Translations under genes and position numbers: made by a program
DNA from: Firmicutes bacterium UBA5286
Lineage (GTDB): Bacteria; Bacillota; Proteinivoracia; UBA4975
NCBI GenBank assembly: GCA_002408465.1
Contig: DHSM01000013.1
Span: 1,551 to 65,550 of the forward strand
Length of the DNA: 64,000 bases
Reading direction: 5' to 3'
Notes under the pieces: model-generated
What the model was told of the DNA's origin: nothing
What the model saw: only the letters and a program-made list of their open reading frames with translations
Database searches by the model: none
Shown here: in pieces, positions 1 to 8,887 of the stretch
Layout: each line of letters starts with the position of its first letter
How positions within the stretch are numbered: position 1 is the first letter of the stretch

Positions 1-260
1 AGCATCCGCGTGAAGAAGTATAAAGTTTTTAGGATGTTGTCGCTGCTCTGTTCCCTTGCCGGGAAAAGAGCGGCTTTTCCTTGCCCTCCTTGGGTGCTAT
101 TAGTGCAGAGACGGCAGTACTTCCCGAAAAGATAGGGATAACAGTAAACCAAACATTTAAGAACATGATTTGGCGTGGCCGAGTGATTCGGTTGCAAGAC
201 GTTACCTGCCTGATAGAATAAAAGAGAGATACGAAAGCGACAAAAGTTCGGATTTTTTCT
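1..260 (+). ncRNA. Candidate 3' portion of a large structured ncRNA (truncated by window start)
   Basis: No credible CDS. Successive stems: 1-7/32-38, 42-49/67-74 with inner 51-55/61-65, ggcag 113-117/ctgcc 206-210, nested ggcgt-ggccga/tcggtt-acgtt around 172-203. Followed by a T-rich tract. Family not established. Confidence 0.4.
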
Positions 261-278
261 TTTGGGTTAAAATAAAAA

Positions 279-298
279 ATACTCCCGAAGGAGTATTA
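279..298. terminator. Intrinsic terminator downstream of sleB-like gene
   Basis: aatactcc-cgaa-ggagtatt hairpin preceded by an A-run (T-run on minus strand). Confidence 0.7.
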
Positions 299-895
299 AA
301 TCGCAAAGACATGTTTGCCAATAGCTGTAATTATTTGTCTGGAGCGTATCCACCAGTTGGATGCAGTCGCCGGGTTATAGTAGAAGACTGCGCCGCCGCT
401 GGGATCATTGCCTGCCAATGCTTCCTCTGCTGCTGCGTAGGCTGTGCTATCTGGGGTAAGCCAGAATTGACCGTCCTGAACCGCAGTAAAAGCAGAGGGT
501 TGAAAGATTACATCGTTAATGGTATCTGGGAAGTTTTCATGTTCCACTCTATTAAGGATTACTGCAGCGATTGCAACCTGACCTTGGAAAGGCTCGCCCC
601 GGGCTTCACTGTAGACGGCTCTGGCCAGGAGATCATATTCCTCCCCAGTCACCGCTACTTCCATTTCCACTTTTTCTTCTGCTACTGCTTTAACTTCCGC
701 TTTTTCTTTTTCTTCTACTGCTTCAACGGAAGGTGCTTTTTTCCCTTCAACGTAATTTTGGTTTTTGTCAATTTCCGGACTGTTGTCTTGCTTGTATTCC
801 TGGGCAATAACTTGCGCCCAGGCAAGGAGGAATACGGCTATACTGAGAACAAGAGCGATTGTCTCAGGAACTCGTTTGATCTTAAAAATGCGCAT
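296..895 (-). CDS. SleB/CwlJ-family cell wall hydrolase (Hydrolase_2), secreted
   Basis: N-terminal signal/TM segment; LLARAVYSEARGEPFQGQVAIAAVILNRV, FQPSAFTAV, DPSGGAVFYYNP, IGKHVF motifs. Confidence 0.9.
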   Translation of the reverse strand: MRIFKIKRVPETIALVLSIAVFLLAWAQVIAQEYKQDNSPEIDKNQNYVEGKKAPSVEAVEEKEKAEVKAVAEEKVEMEVAVTGEEYDLLARAVYSEARGEPFQGQVAIAAVILNRVEHENFPDTINDVIFQPSAFTAVQDGQFWLTPDSTAYAAAEEALAGNDPSGGAVFYYNPATASNWWIRSRQIITAIGKHVFAI

Positions 896-1106
896 GTTAT
901 CACCGCCTTGTTTTTATGGGTATTAGTATACGAAGAAAAATTGATTTGTGCAAACAGTAAATTTTACTTTGCCGGAAAATAGCAGGATTTTATTGTCGTT
1001 ATGTTAACCTAGAATCCCTTAGGCTTAATATTCAAGGACAATGGCTGATTAACCCTGCTCAGCCAGTTTTATTTTGCTTTAATTTTTGTTTTTGCATTAG
1101 CGGCGC

Positions 1107-1847
1107 TTGCCCGGGAACCTGCAGCATATCTCCGCTCCCACAATTGCCCATCTGGACGGGGAGGAGTTTCTTGAAAGGGTATTCAGCAAGAGGTGCCTAA
1201 GGGACAGCAAGTATTTTGTGAACCACCTCCGAGCCAAGACAGCCAGTGTCTTGAGCCAATTCAAGCTGGGCAGCAGGGACTTAAGCGCCGATGAGATCCT
1301 GCAGGAGGCAGGGCTGTTTCGCTCCAGCGATGAACTGCTGTTCACCGGACCAATATCTATTGAAATAAACAACCAAACCATAGACTTCACTCCCCTGAAA
1401 TATGGGGCCGCCATCGGGGCCAGGACCGTGAAAGAACTGGAAATCAGTGCCCTGAAGGCGGATACAATAATTACTATTGAAAATAAAGCCAGCTACCGGG
1501 AATATTGCAGCCAGATGGATGATAATACTTTTGTTATCTACCTAGCAGGATTCCCCGGCCCGATGAAAAGGTTATTTATGTATAAATTATATGGCCATGC
1601 CCAAAAATACTGCCAGGGAATCAGGTTCCTGCACTGGGGGGACATCGACCTGGGTGGTTTCAGGATTTTCAAGAGCCTAAAGGATGTTGTGCCGACTCTG
1701 GAAGCGTATTTGATGGACGCTAGTACGTTGTTAATGCATCGGGACCAATGTCAGGAGCTGAGCAAAGGGTACGGCATACAGCTGCAGAAACTCTTGGATG
1801 ACCCGGGATATGTTGAGTTCCGAGAAGTGGTTGAGCAAGCTGACTAA
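1107..1847 (+). pseudogene. Wadjet JetD-like (DUF2220/Toprim) C-terminal fragment, apparently N-terminally truncated
   Basis: ITIENKASY, VIYLAGFP, HWGDIDLGGFRIF Toprim motifs; TTG start with no RBS immediately after a terminator-like hairpin (1043-1066); no jetABC nearby. Confidence 0.7.
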
Positions 1848-1960
1848 TAATCGAGGAAGTCTTTTTGTTGCCTTAAATTCCAGGTCTTAGGCAGGGAAAG
1901 CGAGGTAATTTGTGGAATATTGTTGTTATATCGGAATTTCTGGAAGGGAAGAGGGGACCT

Positions 1961-4399
1961 ATGAATCTCAACATAGAACAAAAGAGGCTAATAACTGCCA
2001 CACCTAGCGGCGCCATGTTGGTCCGGGGGGTCGCTGGATCGGGCAAGACCACTGTAGCCGTCCAACGGGCGGGTTTCCTGCTGAATAACTACTGCCTGGA
2101 TGATTCTGACCGGGTGCTTTTGGTCACCTTCAATAATACCTTGGTTAAGTACCTTCGCTATTTGTATAACAAGGTAAACGATGAAGCAGAGGGATATGTC
2201 AGCCTGTTTGCCCCCAGCAAATCTCAGGTAGATATTATGACCATAGACAGCCTATTCTATCGCTGCTACTGCGACTACTTTGATCAGTCCCAGCGTTTTC
2301 AGTTGCTTTACGATAACCATAAGAAGTACCAGGTGTTGAGAAACTGTATTGCCGAGCTGCAAAAGAAATTCCCCGATGTCAATGTTCTTGATCTCAAGCA
2401 TGCCATTTTCCTGCTTGACGAGCTTGATTGGATTCGTTCCTGCAATTACATGGAACTGTCTGAGTACCAGAGTGCAGACCGTCTGGGACGCCAGAGCCTG
2501 AAGCAGACGGAGGGTCCCCAGCGTCTGCGCAAAAATTCCGAGACCCGCCAAGCAATTTATGAACTGCTGCTGGCTTTTGATGCGCGTTTGGAAGAAGAGG
2601 GTTTTATCGATTCAAAGGCCAGAGATCTTGCCGTATTAAAAAAGGCCCAGGAACAGCCTGAGCCTGTATATAGCCATATAATAGTGGATGAGAGCCAGGA
2701 TCTGACTAGGGTGCAGTTGGAGTTTCTCAAGGCATTGTACAAGCCTGGAGACTATTCCAGTCTCCTCTTTGTTGCCGATACTGCCCAAAGCATCTATCCC
2801 CACTCCTGGCTAGTACGGGGTCGGAGCTTTACCAGCATTGGCTTGGACCTGACAGGCAAGGGCAATGTTCTCAGCAAAAACTACCGGACGACAACTCAGA
2901 TTGCCCGGTCTGCCTACAGCCTCATCGCAGAAAACTCAGAAATTGTTGAAGATGAGTACTATGTGGAACCGGCGCTGCTGGACAAGCAGGGCCAGTACCC
3001 GGTGTACAAGCACTTTTCTTCCGAGAAGAACGAGGCGGAATTTGTCGCCCGAGAAATAGGCATGTTGCTGAGTGAGTATCTGCCTGGGGAGATTATTGTC
3101 ATTGCCAGGCAGTACAGGCAGCTGGAGATGGTTCAGCTGCAGCTGGAGGAGCATGGACTGGCCTGCAAGCTCCTGAAGGAGCGGGAAGTCACCTTTGACG
3201 ACGATTGCATCAAGCTGCTGACCATACATTCCATCAAGGGATTGGAGTTCAAGGTTGTATTTATTGTGGGCCTCAATGATTCTGTCATTCCCTACTGTTC
3301 ATATATAGATATGGAAGAGGGCATGCAGGAGATAACCGAGCGCAAGCTCTTGTATGTGGGGATGACCAGGGCCTCCGAGCGGTTGTACATGAGTTCCTGC
3401 GCCACACCCTCCAGGTTCATTAACAGCATCTCTCCCGGATACCTGCGCTTATCCGGCAACAGCAGGTTCAGTCACCTATACAACATTCGCCCCGATGAAT
3501 ACCAGTTCGGGGAAAAGATTCTGGACATCTACAGCAAGGAAGAGAAGGTTCGGCAGTGGCTGCTGAAAGAGTTGCAGGACAAGTACAACTACCCCAGGGC
3601 CTTGTTGGCTGTGGAATACAAGGTTAACAACATGTCCCGAACGGGTTCGGTAGATATCTGCATTCAGGTAAACAGGGACAACAGACTGGTGCCATATATC
3701 TTCTGTGAGGTTAAGGCGCCGGGGAGTGGGACAGGGCAGGGCCTGGACCAAGTCAAGAGCTATATGAGCAATGCCAAGCACTGTCAGTATGGCCTGGTCA
3801 CTGACGGCACGGAAATGATAATTATTGATGCCGACTTTCGCCAAATTGACGACATTCCTGCCTTCAGCCAGCACATGCTGCCTAGCACCATGGAAAAGTA
3901 CAGCTTCCAATGCTACAGCAGCAAGCAGAAATACATGATGGTGAGGGATTGCAATCTGTCCCAGGAAGTCATTGTCGAGACCGCTGCCGGCAGTGAAGTC
4001 TGCAGTGGGACTGAGCTGAAGCTGGTCCCTACCTATGAGGGAATCGCCGCCGGCCAGCCCATATACATGCAGGGCAAAAGCGAGGCCAGGTTCTACCTGC
4101 CTGTTCAGTGGCTGCGGGGAAGGGACTGCTACCTTCTCAAGGTCCAAGGGGACAGCATGGTGGATGCAGGTATAGATGATCAGGATTATGTCCTGATTCA
4201 ACAGCAGTCCACAGCCCAAAACAGAGATATTGTCGCGGTGGCTATTGAAGATGAGGCTACGCTAAAGCGGTTTGTGCGCATGGGGGACACTGTGCTGCTC
4301 ATGCCCGAGAACCCAAAATATGAGCCAATTCAGCTCTCAGATAATCAGGCGAGGATTGTGGGCGTGGCAATTGGCTTGCTTAAGAAAGAGATAAAATAA
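1961..4399 (+). CDS. Fusion protein: UvrD-like SF1 helicase + HsdR_N-like PD-(D/E)xK nuclease + LexA/UmuD S24 peptidase
   Basis: RBS gagggg before ATG 1961. Helicase motifs GVAGSGKT, VTFNNTL, VDESQD, ADTAQSIY, NYRTT, TIHSIKGLEF, LLYVGMTRA; nuclease EEKVRQ..VDICI..CEVK..YGLVTDG; S24 IAAGQP, GDSM, TLKRF, PENPKYEPI. Confidence 0.9.
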   Translation: MNLNIEQKRLITATPSGAMLVRGVAGSGKTTVAVQRAGFLLNNYCLDDSDRVLLVTFNNTLVKYLRYLYNKVNDEAEGYVSLFAPSKSQVDIMTIDSLFYRCYCDYFDQSQRFQLLYDNHKKYQVLRNCIAELQKKFPDVNVLDLKHAIFLLDELDWIRSCNYMELSEYQSADRLGRQSLKQTEGPQRLRKNSETRQAIYELLLAFDARLEEEGFIDSKARDLAVLKKAQEQPEPVYSHIIVDESQDLTRVQLEFLKALYKPGDYSSLLFVADTAQSIYPHSWLVRGRSFTSIGLDLTGKGNVLSKNYRTTTQIARSAYSLIAENSEIVEDEYYVEPALLDKQGQYPVYKHFSSEKNEAEFVAREIGMLLSEYLPGEIIVIARQYRQLEMVQLQLEEHGLACKLLKEREVTFDDDCIKLLTIHSIKGLEFKVVFIVGLNDSVIPYCSYIDMEEGMQEITERKLLYVGMTRASERLYMSSCATPSRFINSISPGYLRLSGNSRFSHLYNIRPDEYQFGEKILDIYSKEEKVRQWLLKELQDKYNYPRALLAVEYKVNNMSRTGSVDICIQVNRDNRLVPYIFCEVKAPGSGTGQGLDQVKSYMSNAKHCQYGLVTDGTEMIIIDADFRQIDDIPAFSQHMLPSTMEKYSFQCYSSKQKYMMVRDCNLSQEVIVETAAGSEVCSGTELKLVPTYEGIAAGQPIYMQGKSEARFYLPVQWLRGRDCYLLKVQGDSMVDAGIDDQDYVLIQQQSTAQNRDIVAVAIEDEATLKRFVRMGDTVLLMPENPKYEPIQLSDNQARIVGVAIGLLKKEIK

Positions 4400-4414
4400 A
4401 GGCGTGGCGATGCC

Positions 4415-4663
4415 TTAATCATTTTAGTGCCCCTGGTAATCGGCATCTTAGTCCTGAGAGATGCCGACCGTCGGGGATTGAGCAGAGTTTGGGCGCTGGC
4501 AGCAATTGCAGGAATAACTAACCGATGGCAATGCATTCTGCCTGGCAGGGGTCAGACTGAGAAAGCTGGGGCCGAGACGGCCCCCCCTTCATGTAAGGTG
4601 CAACCGGGCCTGGCCGTCTTCTTGCAGGATGCGGTCCACATCTACACCGGCCAAATCAGGTAA
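4415..4663 (+). pseudogene. Probable degraded small membrane protein
   Basis: LIILVPLVIGILVLRDADRRGL..W resembles the DAxxRG-W membrane motif; no RBS or proper start; the sequence degenerates downstream. Confidence 0.3.
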
Positions 4664-4699
4664 TAACTGATAGTATTTGCTTATCTACTATAAGGATTA

Positions 4700-4743
4700 T
4701 CATATTGACGTCAGGACGTTATAGCGTTATAATGTCAATATGA
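4700..4743 (+). promoter_or_regulatory. SigA promoter with flanking inverted-repeat operator for the TA operon
   Basis: TTGACG (4705-4710)-17 nt-TATAAT (4728-4733); tcatattgac/gtcaatatga inverted repeat at 4700-4709/4734-4743. Confidence 0.8.
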
Positions 4744-4753
4744 GGTGATTATT

Positions 4754-4987
4754 GTGAATAAAGGTGTCAGACGTTCAACTATATATTTTGAGCCTGAAAT
4801 CCACAATGCTTTACGCGTAAAGGCTGTTTCCACCAATCGTTCTGTGTCTGAGTTGGTAAACGAGGCTGTCAGGAATGCTCTTCGTGAGGATCAAGAGGAC
4901 TTGGCCGCTTTCGACGAACGTGTAAATGAGCCTACGATTAGCTACGAAAGTTTACTTAAGCGATTAAAGGCCAATGGTAAGCTATGA
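4754..4987 (+). CDS. CopG/ribbon-helix-helix antitoxin
   Basis: RSTIYFEPEIHNALRVKA..SVSELVNEAVR RHH pattern; acidic C-terminus; overlaps the toxin gene. Confidence 0.85.
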   Translation: MNKGVRRSTIYFEPEIHNALRVKAVSTNRSVSELVNEAVRNALREDQEDLAAFDERVNEPTISYESLLKRLKANGKL

Positions 4988-5237
4988 ACTTCGTATCAAG
5001 GAGTCTGTTGCCAAGGATCTACGGCGTATTCCTGCAAAGGACATAGAGCGAATTCTTCAGCGCATTGAGTCCTTGCATGCTCAGCCACGGCCAGTCGGCT
5101 GTGAGAAGCTTTCTTCTCTAGAAAGGTACCGACTGCGCCAGGGAGAATACCGAATAGTCTATGAAATTTTGGACAATGAATTTATTATCATCGTGGTTAA
5201 GGTCAGCCATCGACGTAGCGCATACAAGATTCCCTGA
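4974..5237 (+). CDS. RelE/ParE-family type II toxin
   Basis: PRPVGCEKL..YRLRQGEYRIVYEI..VVKVSHRR RelE/StbE signature. Confidence 0.9.
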   Translation: MVSYELRIKESVAKDLRRIPAKDIERILQRIESLHAQPRPVGCEKLSSLERYRLRQGEYRIVYEILDNEFIIIVVKVSHRRSAYKIP

Positions 5238-5247
5238 AGAACCCATT

Positions 5248-5278
5248 AAGCTGTCACTGCTGTGGCAGCTTATTTTAT
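5248..5278 (+). terminator. Intrinsic terminator after TA operon
   Basis: taagctgtcac-tgct-gtggcagctta followed by T-run. Confidence 0.7.
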
Positions 5279-5437
5279 TGGGGAAGTCAGTTTGGTTTTG
5301 AACCTTTTAGCTATTGGGGCTAATTATAAATCAGAATGCGCCGGAGGAAATCTCGCCGGCGCTGTATTACAGGGAATTCATCTGCAGGAATTGCCATTGT
5401 TGGTAGCGAATTCTTCTAGTAAAGGAGGAAGAAGAAT

Positions 5438-6874
5438 TTGAGAGAAGATAGCAGTATCAAGATTGGCAAGCGAACCTTTCTGTCTGCAGTTATTATCCTT
5501 GGTTGTTTGATGATTGCTGCCGGTGTCCTTACCTATTTAATTCCCGCCGGGGAGTTTCAGAGGGAGTTTGTCGATGGACGGGAGATTGTTGTCCCCGAAA
5601 CCTTTGAATATGTTGAAGGGCGGGGTTACCCGGTGTGGCGCTGGTTTACGGCGCCTTTTGAGGTCCTGTGGGGACCGGACAGCATAATGGTAATCTCGAT
5701 CATTTTGTTCATCCTGATTATCGGCGGGTCCTTTGCTGTCCTGGAGAAGACCGGGGTGCTGGCAGCGGCGATTGCCAAAATTGTGGCGGCGGTGGGGAAG
5801 CGAAAATACTTGCTGCTGTGCCTAATTACCTTGTTTTTCATGCTCTTTGGCTCACTGCTGGGCATCTTAGAGGAGATCGTGCCCTTGGTTCCCTTAGCTG
5901 TTGCCCTGGCTTGGTCCCTGGGCTGGGATTCGTTGACGGGCCTCGGGATGAGTTTGTTGGCCACTGCCTTTGGTTTTTCTGCCGCCCTTACTAATCCATT
6001 TACCATCGGCGTCGCCCAGCGGATTGCGGACCTGCCGGCCTTTTCCGGAATCGGTTTCCGAGCAATAGTCTTCGTTTTGGTGTACATAGTCCTAATCGTT
6101 TTCCTACTTAGGCATGCTAAAAAGGTAGAGAAGAATCCCCAAGCTTCGCTGGTGTGGCGGGAAGATGCTAAGGCCCGGAGTCGCGACACTGCAGAGGAAT
6201 TGAATATAAACCCTGCCAAGAGGGGTGCTCTGCTGTGGTTTGCCGGCACCTTGCTGGCGGTGCTGGGGGCAATCGTTTGCGCTTCCCTGATTCCCGGGTT
6301 GTCTGATTATACCATGCCCCTGGTAGCTCTTCTTTTCTTGGCTGGGGGCATTGGCGCCGGGCTTCTGGCCGGCCAGGGCTGGGGAGTATTCAGGGCCTTT
6401 GGGCGGGGAGTCTTGGGAATCCTGCCGGGAATGTTCTTGATTATGATGGCAATGAGTGTCAAGTTCATCATATCTCAAGGCGGCGTAATGGATACTGTGC
6501 TTTTTTACGCCGCTGGCGCAATCTCCCAGACTTCCGCTGCCGGGGCTGCCCTCCTTTCCTATATAGTGGTCCTGGTTTTAGAATTTTACATCGGTTCGGC
6601 AACTGCCAAGGCCTTTTTGGTCATGCCCCTAATTACCCCACTGGCTGACCTGGTGGGGATTACCCGCCAGGTAGCGGTGCTGGCTTTTGCTTTTGGCGAT
6701 GGTTTCACCAATGTGCTCTATCCCACCAACCCGCTTTTGCTGATTGCTTTGGGCCTGACTGTGGTCAGCTATCCCAAATGGTTTCGCTGGATAATCAGGT
6801 TGCAACTAGTGGTGATGGCGCTTTCGGTGCTGTTGTTGCTGGCAGCGGTGGCAATTAAATTGGGGCCGTTTTAA
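5438..6874 (+). CDS. YfcC/DcuC-like (AbgT/ion-transporter superfamily) membrane transporter
   Basis: About 12 TM segments; TYLIPAGEF, NPFTIGVAQRIA, FGDGFTNVLYPTN motifs; RBS aaaggagg. Confidence 0.85.
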   Translation: MREDSSIKIGKRTFLSAVIILGCLMIAAGVLTYLIPAGEFQREFVDGREIVVPETFEYVEGRGYPVWRWFTAPFEVLWGPDSIMVISIILFILIIGGSFAVLEKTGVLAAAIAKIVAAVGKRKYLLLCLITLFFMLFGSLLGILEEIVPLVPLAVALAWSLGWDSLTGLGMSLLATAFGFSAALTNPFTIGVAQRIADLPAFSGIGFRAIVFVLVYIVLIVFLLRHAKKVEKNPQASLVWREDAKARSRDTAEELNINPAKRGALLWFAGTLLAVLGAIVCASLIPGLSDYTMPLVALLFLAGGIGAGLLAGQGWGVFRAFGRGVLGILPGMFLIMMAMSVKFIISQGGVMDTVLFYAAGAISQTSAAGAALLSYIVVLVLEFYIGSATAKAFLVMPLITPLADLVGITRQVAVLAFAFGDGFTNVLYPTNPLLLIALGLTVVSYPKWFRWIIRLQLVVMALSVLLLLAAVAIKLGPF

Positions 6875-6888
6875 AGGGGGAGCGTTTA

Positions 6889-8010
6889 ATGTCCATTAAT
6901 CAGTATTTTAGCGACAGTTATGTTGTTTCTCGTTTAAAGTTTCGAGGTTTGCTGGGGGCAGTGCAGCAACGGTGGCCAGAGGCAGAGTTGAAGACCGTTG
7001 CAGTTTGTCCGGATAAAGAATTTACTACAGATATGATCATTGCCCAACCCAGGGAAAAACGTCATGTGCTTATGGTTACCACCGGCCAACACGGCATTGA
7101 AGGCTATGCGGGAGGGGCGTTTCTGCAATTGCTGGCCCGGGAGTACTTGGACAAACTGGACCCGGAACTGACGGGGCTTGTCCTGGTGCATGCAATTAAC
7201 CCCTGGGGTATGGCAAATTACCGCCGAGTGGACCAGGATAATATTGATTTGAACAGGAACTTTATTACTGATTGGTCTGAGTTTAAAGATATAAACAAGG
7301 ACTACTCCCGTTTGCGTTTTTTGCTGGAGCCGGGTGAGTTGGGCAAGAAAAGGGAGAAGGCGGCCTTTTACTTCCGGGTTGCCCGGGCTTTGGCGCTGGC
7401 CGGCAGCGGCGGCATCAAACGCGCTTTGACTTTGGGCCAATATCGGTTTGACAAGGGCCTTTACTTTGGGGGTTCTGAGCACCAGCCCGTTGCCCGCTGG
7501 CTTATTGACCTTTACCATGGAGTGCTGAGGGATTTTAAGCAAGTGGTGCATCTGGACATCCATACTGGCTATGGACCGGCTAGGCGCATGACCATTGTCA
7601 ACTCGGCTTTGGACCCCCGGGACACGGCGGGGCTCAAAGAACAGCTTGGTTACGATTTGATCGTCAAGGCAGATCCCCAGGAGTTCTATTCAATTCAGGG
7701 TGACATGGTTGATTACAATTGCTGGCTTGGCCGGCAATATCCGGAAGCCCAACTGTATTCAACCTGTTTTGAATTCGGCACCCTGGGTGATTCTATCGGA
7801 GCCTTGCTTCAGAGTATGCGGGCGCTGATTGATGAGAACCGACTCTGGCAGCATGGAGGGGGCAACACCCTTCGGGACGAGGCGATCAGGAAACAATTCG
7901 TTGAAGCCTTTTACCCAAGTTGTTCAATTTGGCGGCAGAGGGCAGTGGCAGATGCCCGGCGGGCCCTGACCGGGATCCTCGGCAACGAGGGGCTTATTAC
8001 ATCAAATTAG
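6889..8010 (+). CDS. M14-like zinc metallopeptidase (DUF2817-type)
   Basis: HGIEG (HxxE), NPWG, DLNRNF, DIHTGYG, CFEFGT motifs. Confidence 0.85.
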   Translation: MSINQYFSDSYVVSRLKFRGLLGAVQQRWPEAELKTVAVCPDKEFTTDMIIAQPREKRHVLMVTTGQHGIEGYAGGAFLQLLAREYLDKLDPELTGLVLVHAINPWGMANYRRVDQDNIDLNRNFITDWSEFKDINKDYSRLRFLLEPGELGKKREKAAFYFRVARALALAGSGGIKRALTLGQYRFDKGLYFGGSEHQPVARWLIDLYHGVLRDFKQVVHLDIHTGYGPARRMTIVNSALDPRDTAGLKEQLGYDLIVKADPQEFYSIQGDMVDYNCWLGRQYPEAQLYSTCFEFGTLGDSIGALLQSMRALIDENRLWQHGGGNTLRDEAIRKQFVEAFYPSCSIWRQRAVADARRALTGILGNEGLITSN

Positions 8011-8088
8011 CATGGCATGACCGACATCTGAAACAAGAAAACCGCTTTTCTCCGAAGGAGAAGTGAGCGGCGATACTATTGAAAGTAT

Positions 8089-8491
8089 TTATCTTGGATA
8101 AATGATCTTAATGCCCGGAACTCGGGCAAGCCCCTGATCAGCAGTTACAATGCAGGAAATATCATTATTCAGCATTACTGCAAGATGAACGAAATCCCTT
8201 GGTGAAAGGTGGGCATGGGTCTCTTCTTCAGATAATTTCCTGGCCAGGGAAACATCAGGATGCCGGATTGGCAGTACAGCTCCGTCCATTATTGCTGAGA
8301 ACAGGTCAAAGACCTGCAATCCTATTTGTTTCCTGTAGATACTGAAGTACCTATAGAGTAACTTCTGCGTCTGTATACGCATCCAGGATGCCCCTGGCTG
8401 CTGACTCCATGATATCCAGGCAGCTCTTCTTGCAGGGATGCTCACTGCCAGCCGCATACATGGGAATACAGGTGTCGATAAAGACCCTCAT
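8089..8491 (-). pseudogene. vapC: VapC PIN-domain toxin, frameshifted
   Basis: MRVFIDTCIPMYAAGSEHP..YTDAEV from ATG 8491 hits a stop; LYRYFSI..PRDFVHLAVM..IVTAD continues in another frame, and the usual intervening QEI segment is missing. Confidence 0.8.
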
Positions 8492-8730
8492 TCTTTTTCC
8501 GTACCTGTTTCAATTTCCTGCTTCATTTGTTCCCAATCGGAAACCGGTGCATTGATGCCGGCCAGTTTCCGAACGGCTTTTAGTTTATCTTCGGATGAAA
8601 CTTGGTAGCGTTGATCGATGGCTTCCCGCACAATGGTGCCGATAGAAGTGCGCTTATCCTTGGCTTCCTCTCTAAGTTTTTTTAATTGCTTGGGATATAC
8701 CCGTATCTCCAGTCTGGCCTCAAGCTTTTC
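8488..8730 (-). pseudogene. CopG/RHH antitoxin lacking a start codon
   Basis: Strong RBS GGGGGGAGGT followed by TAA then EKLEARLEIRV..TSIGTIVREAIDQRY..PVSDWEQMKQEI*; stop overlaps vapC ATG (ATGA). Confidence 0.7.
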
Positions 8731-8745
8731 TTAGACCTCCCCCCT

Positions 8746-8768
8746 TTTACGTAACACTATTACGTAAA
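8746..8768. promoter_or_regulatory. Inverted-repeat operator upstream of vapBC remnant
   Basis: tttacgtaa-cacta-ttacgtaaa; each arm contains the palindrome TTACGTAA. Confidence 0.55.
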
Positions 8769-8887
8769 CAATACCGTTAGCAGAGAGGCGATTCAATAGC
8801 TTTTTCTATAGATTTTGGTAGGCAGACTGAACATATTCCTCATATTTCCCGTCTTAATGTCAGAAGATAAGAACGGGAGGTCTGGAT

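Noticed and set aside
130-145. TAGGGATAACAG resembles a 23S rRNA segment and the I-SceI site; GCGTGAAGAAGTAT at 8-21 resembles 16S
   Set aside because: Flanks do not match rRNA; the matches are too short.
170-982. 270-aa plus-strand ORF
   Set aside because: Antisense shadow of the sleB-like gene; Phe/Cys-rich low-information sequence.
3480-3880. Type I restriction-modification system
   Set aside because: No hsdM or hsdS in the window, and the helicase is SF1 and N-terminal, unlike HsdR.
4030-4399. Calling the gene lexA
   Set aside because: No N-terminal winged-helix DNA-binding domain; only the S24 peptidase is present, fused to a helicase-nuclease.
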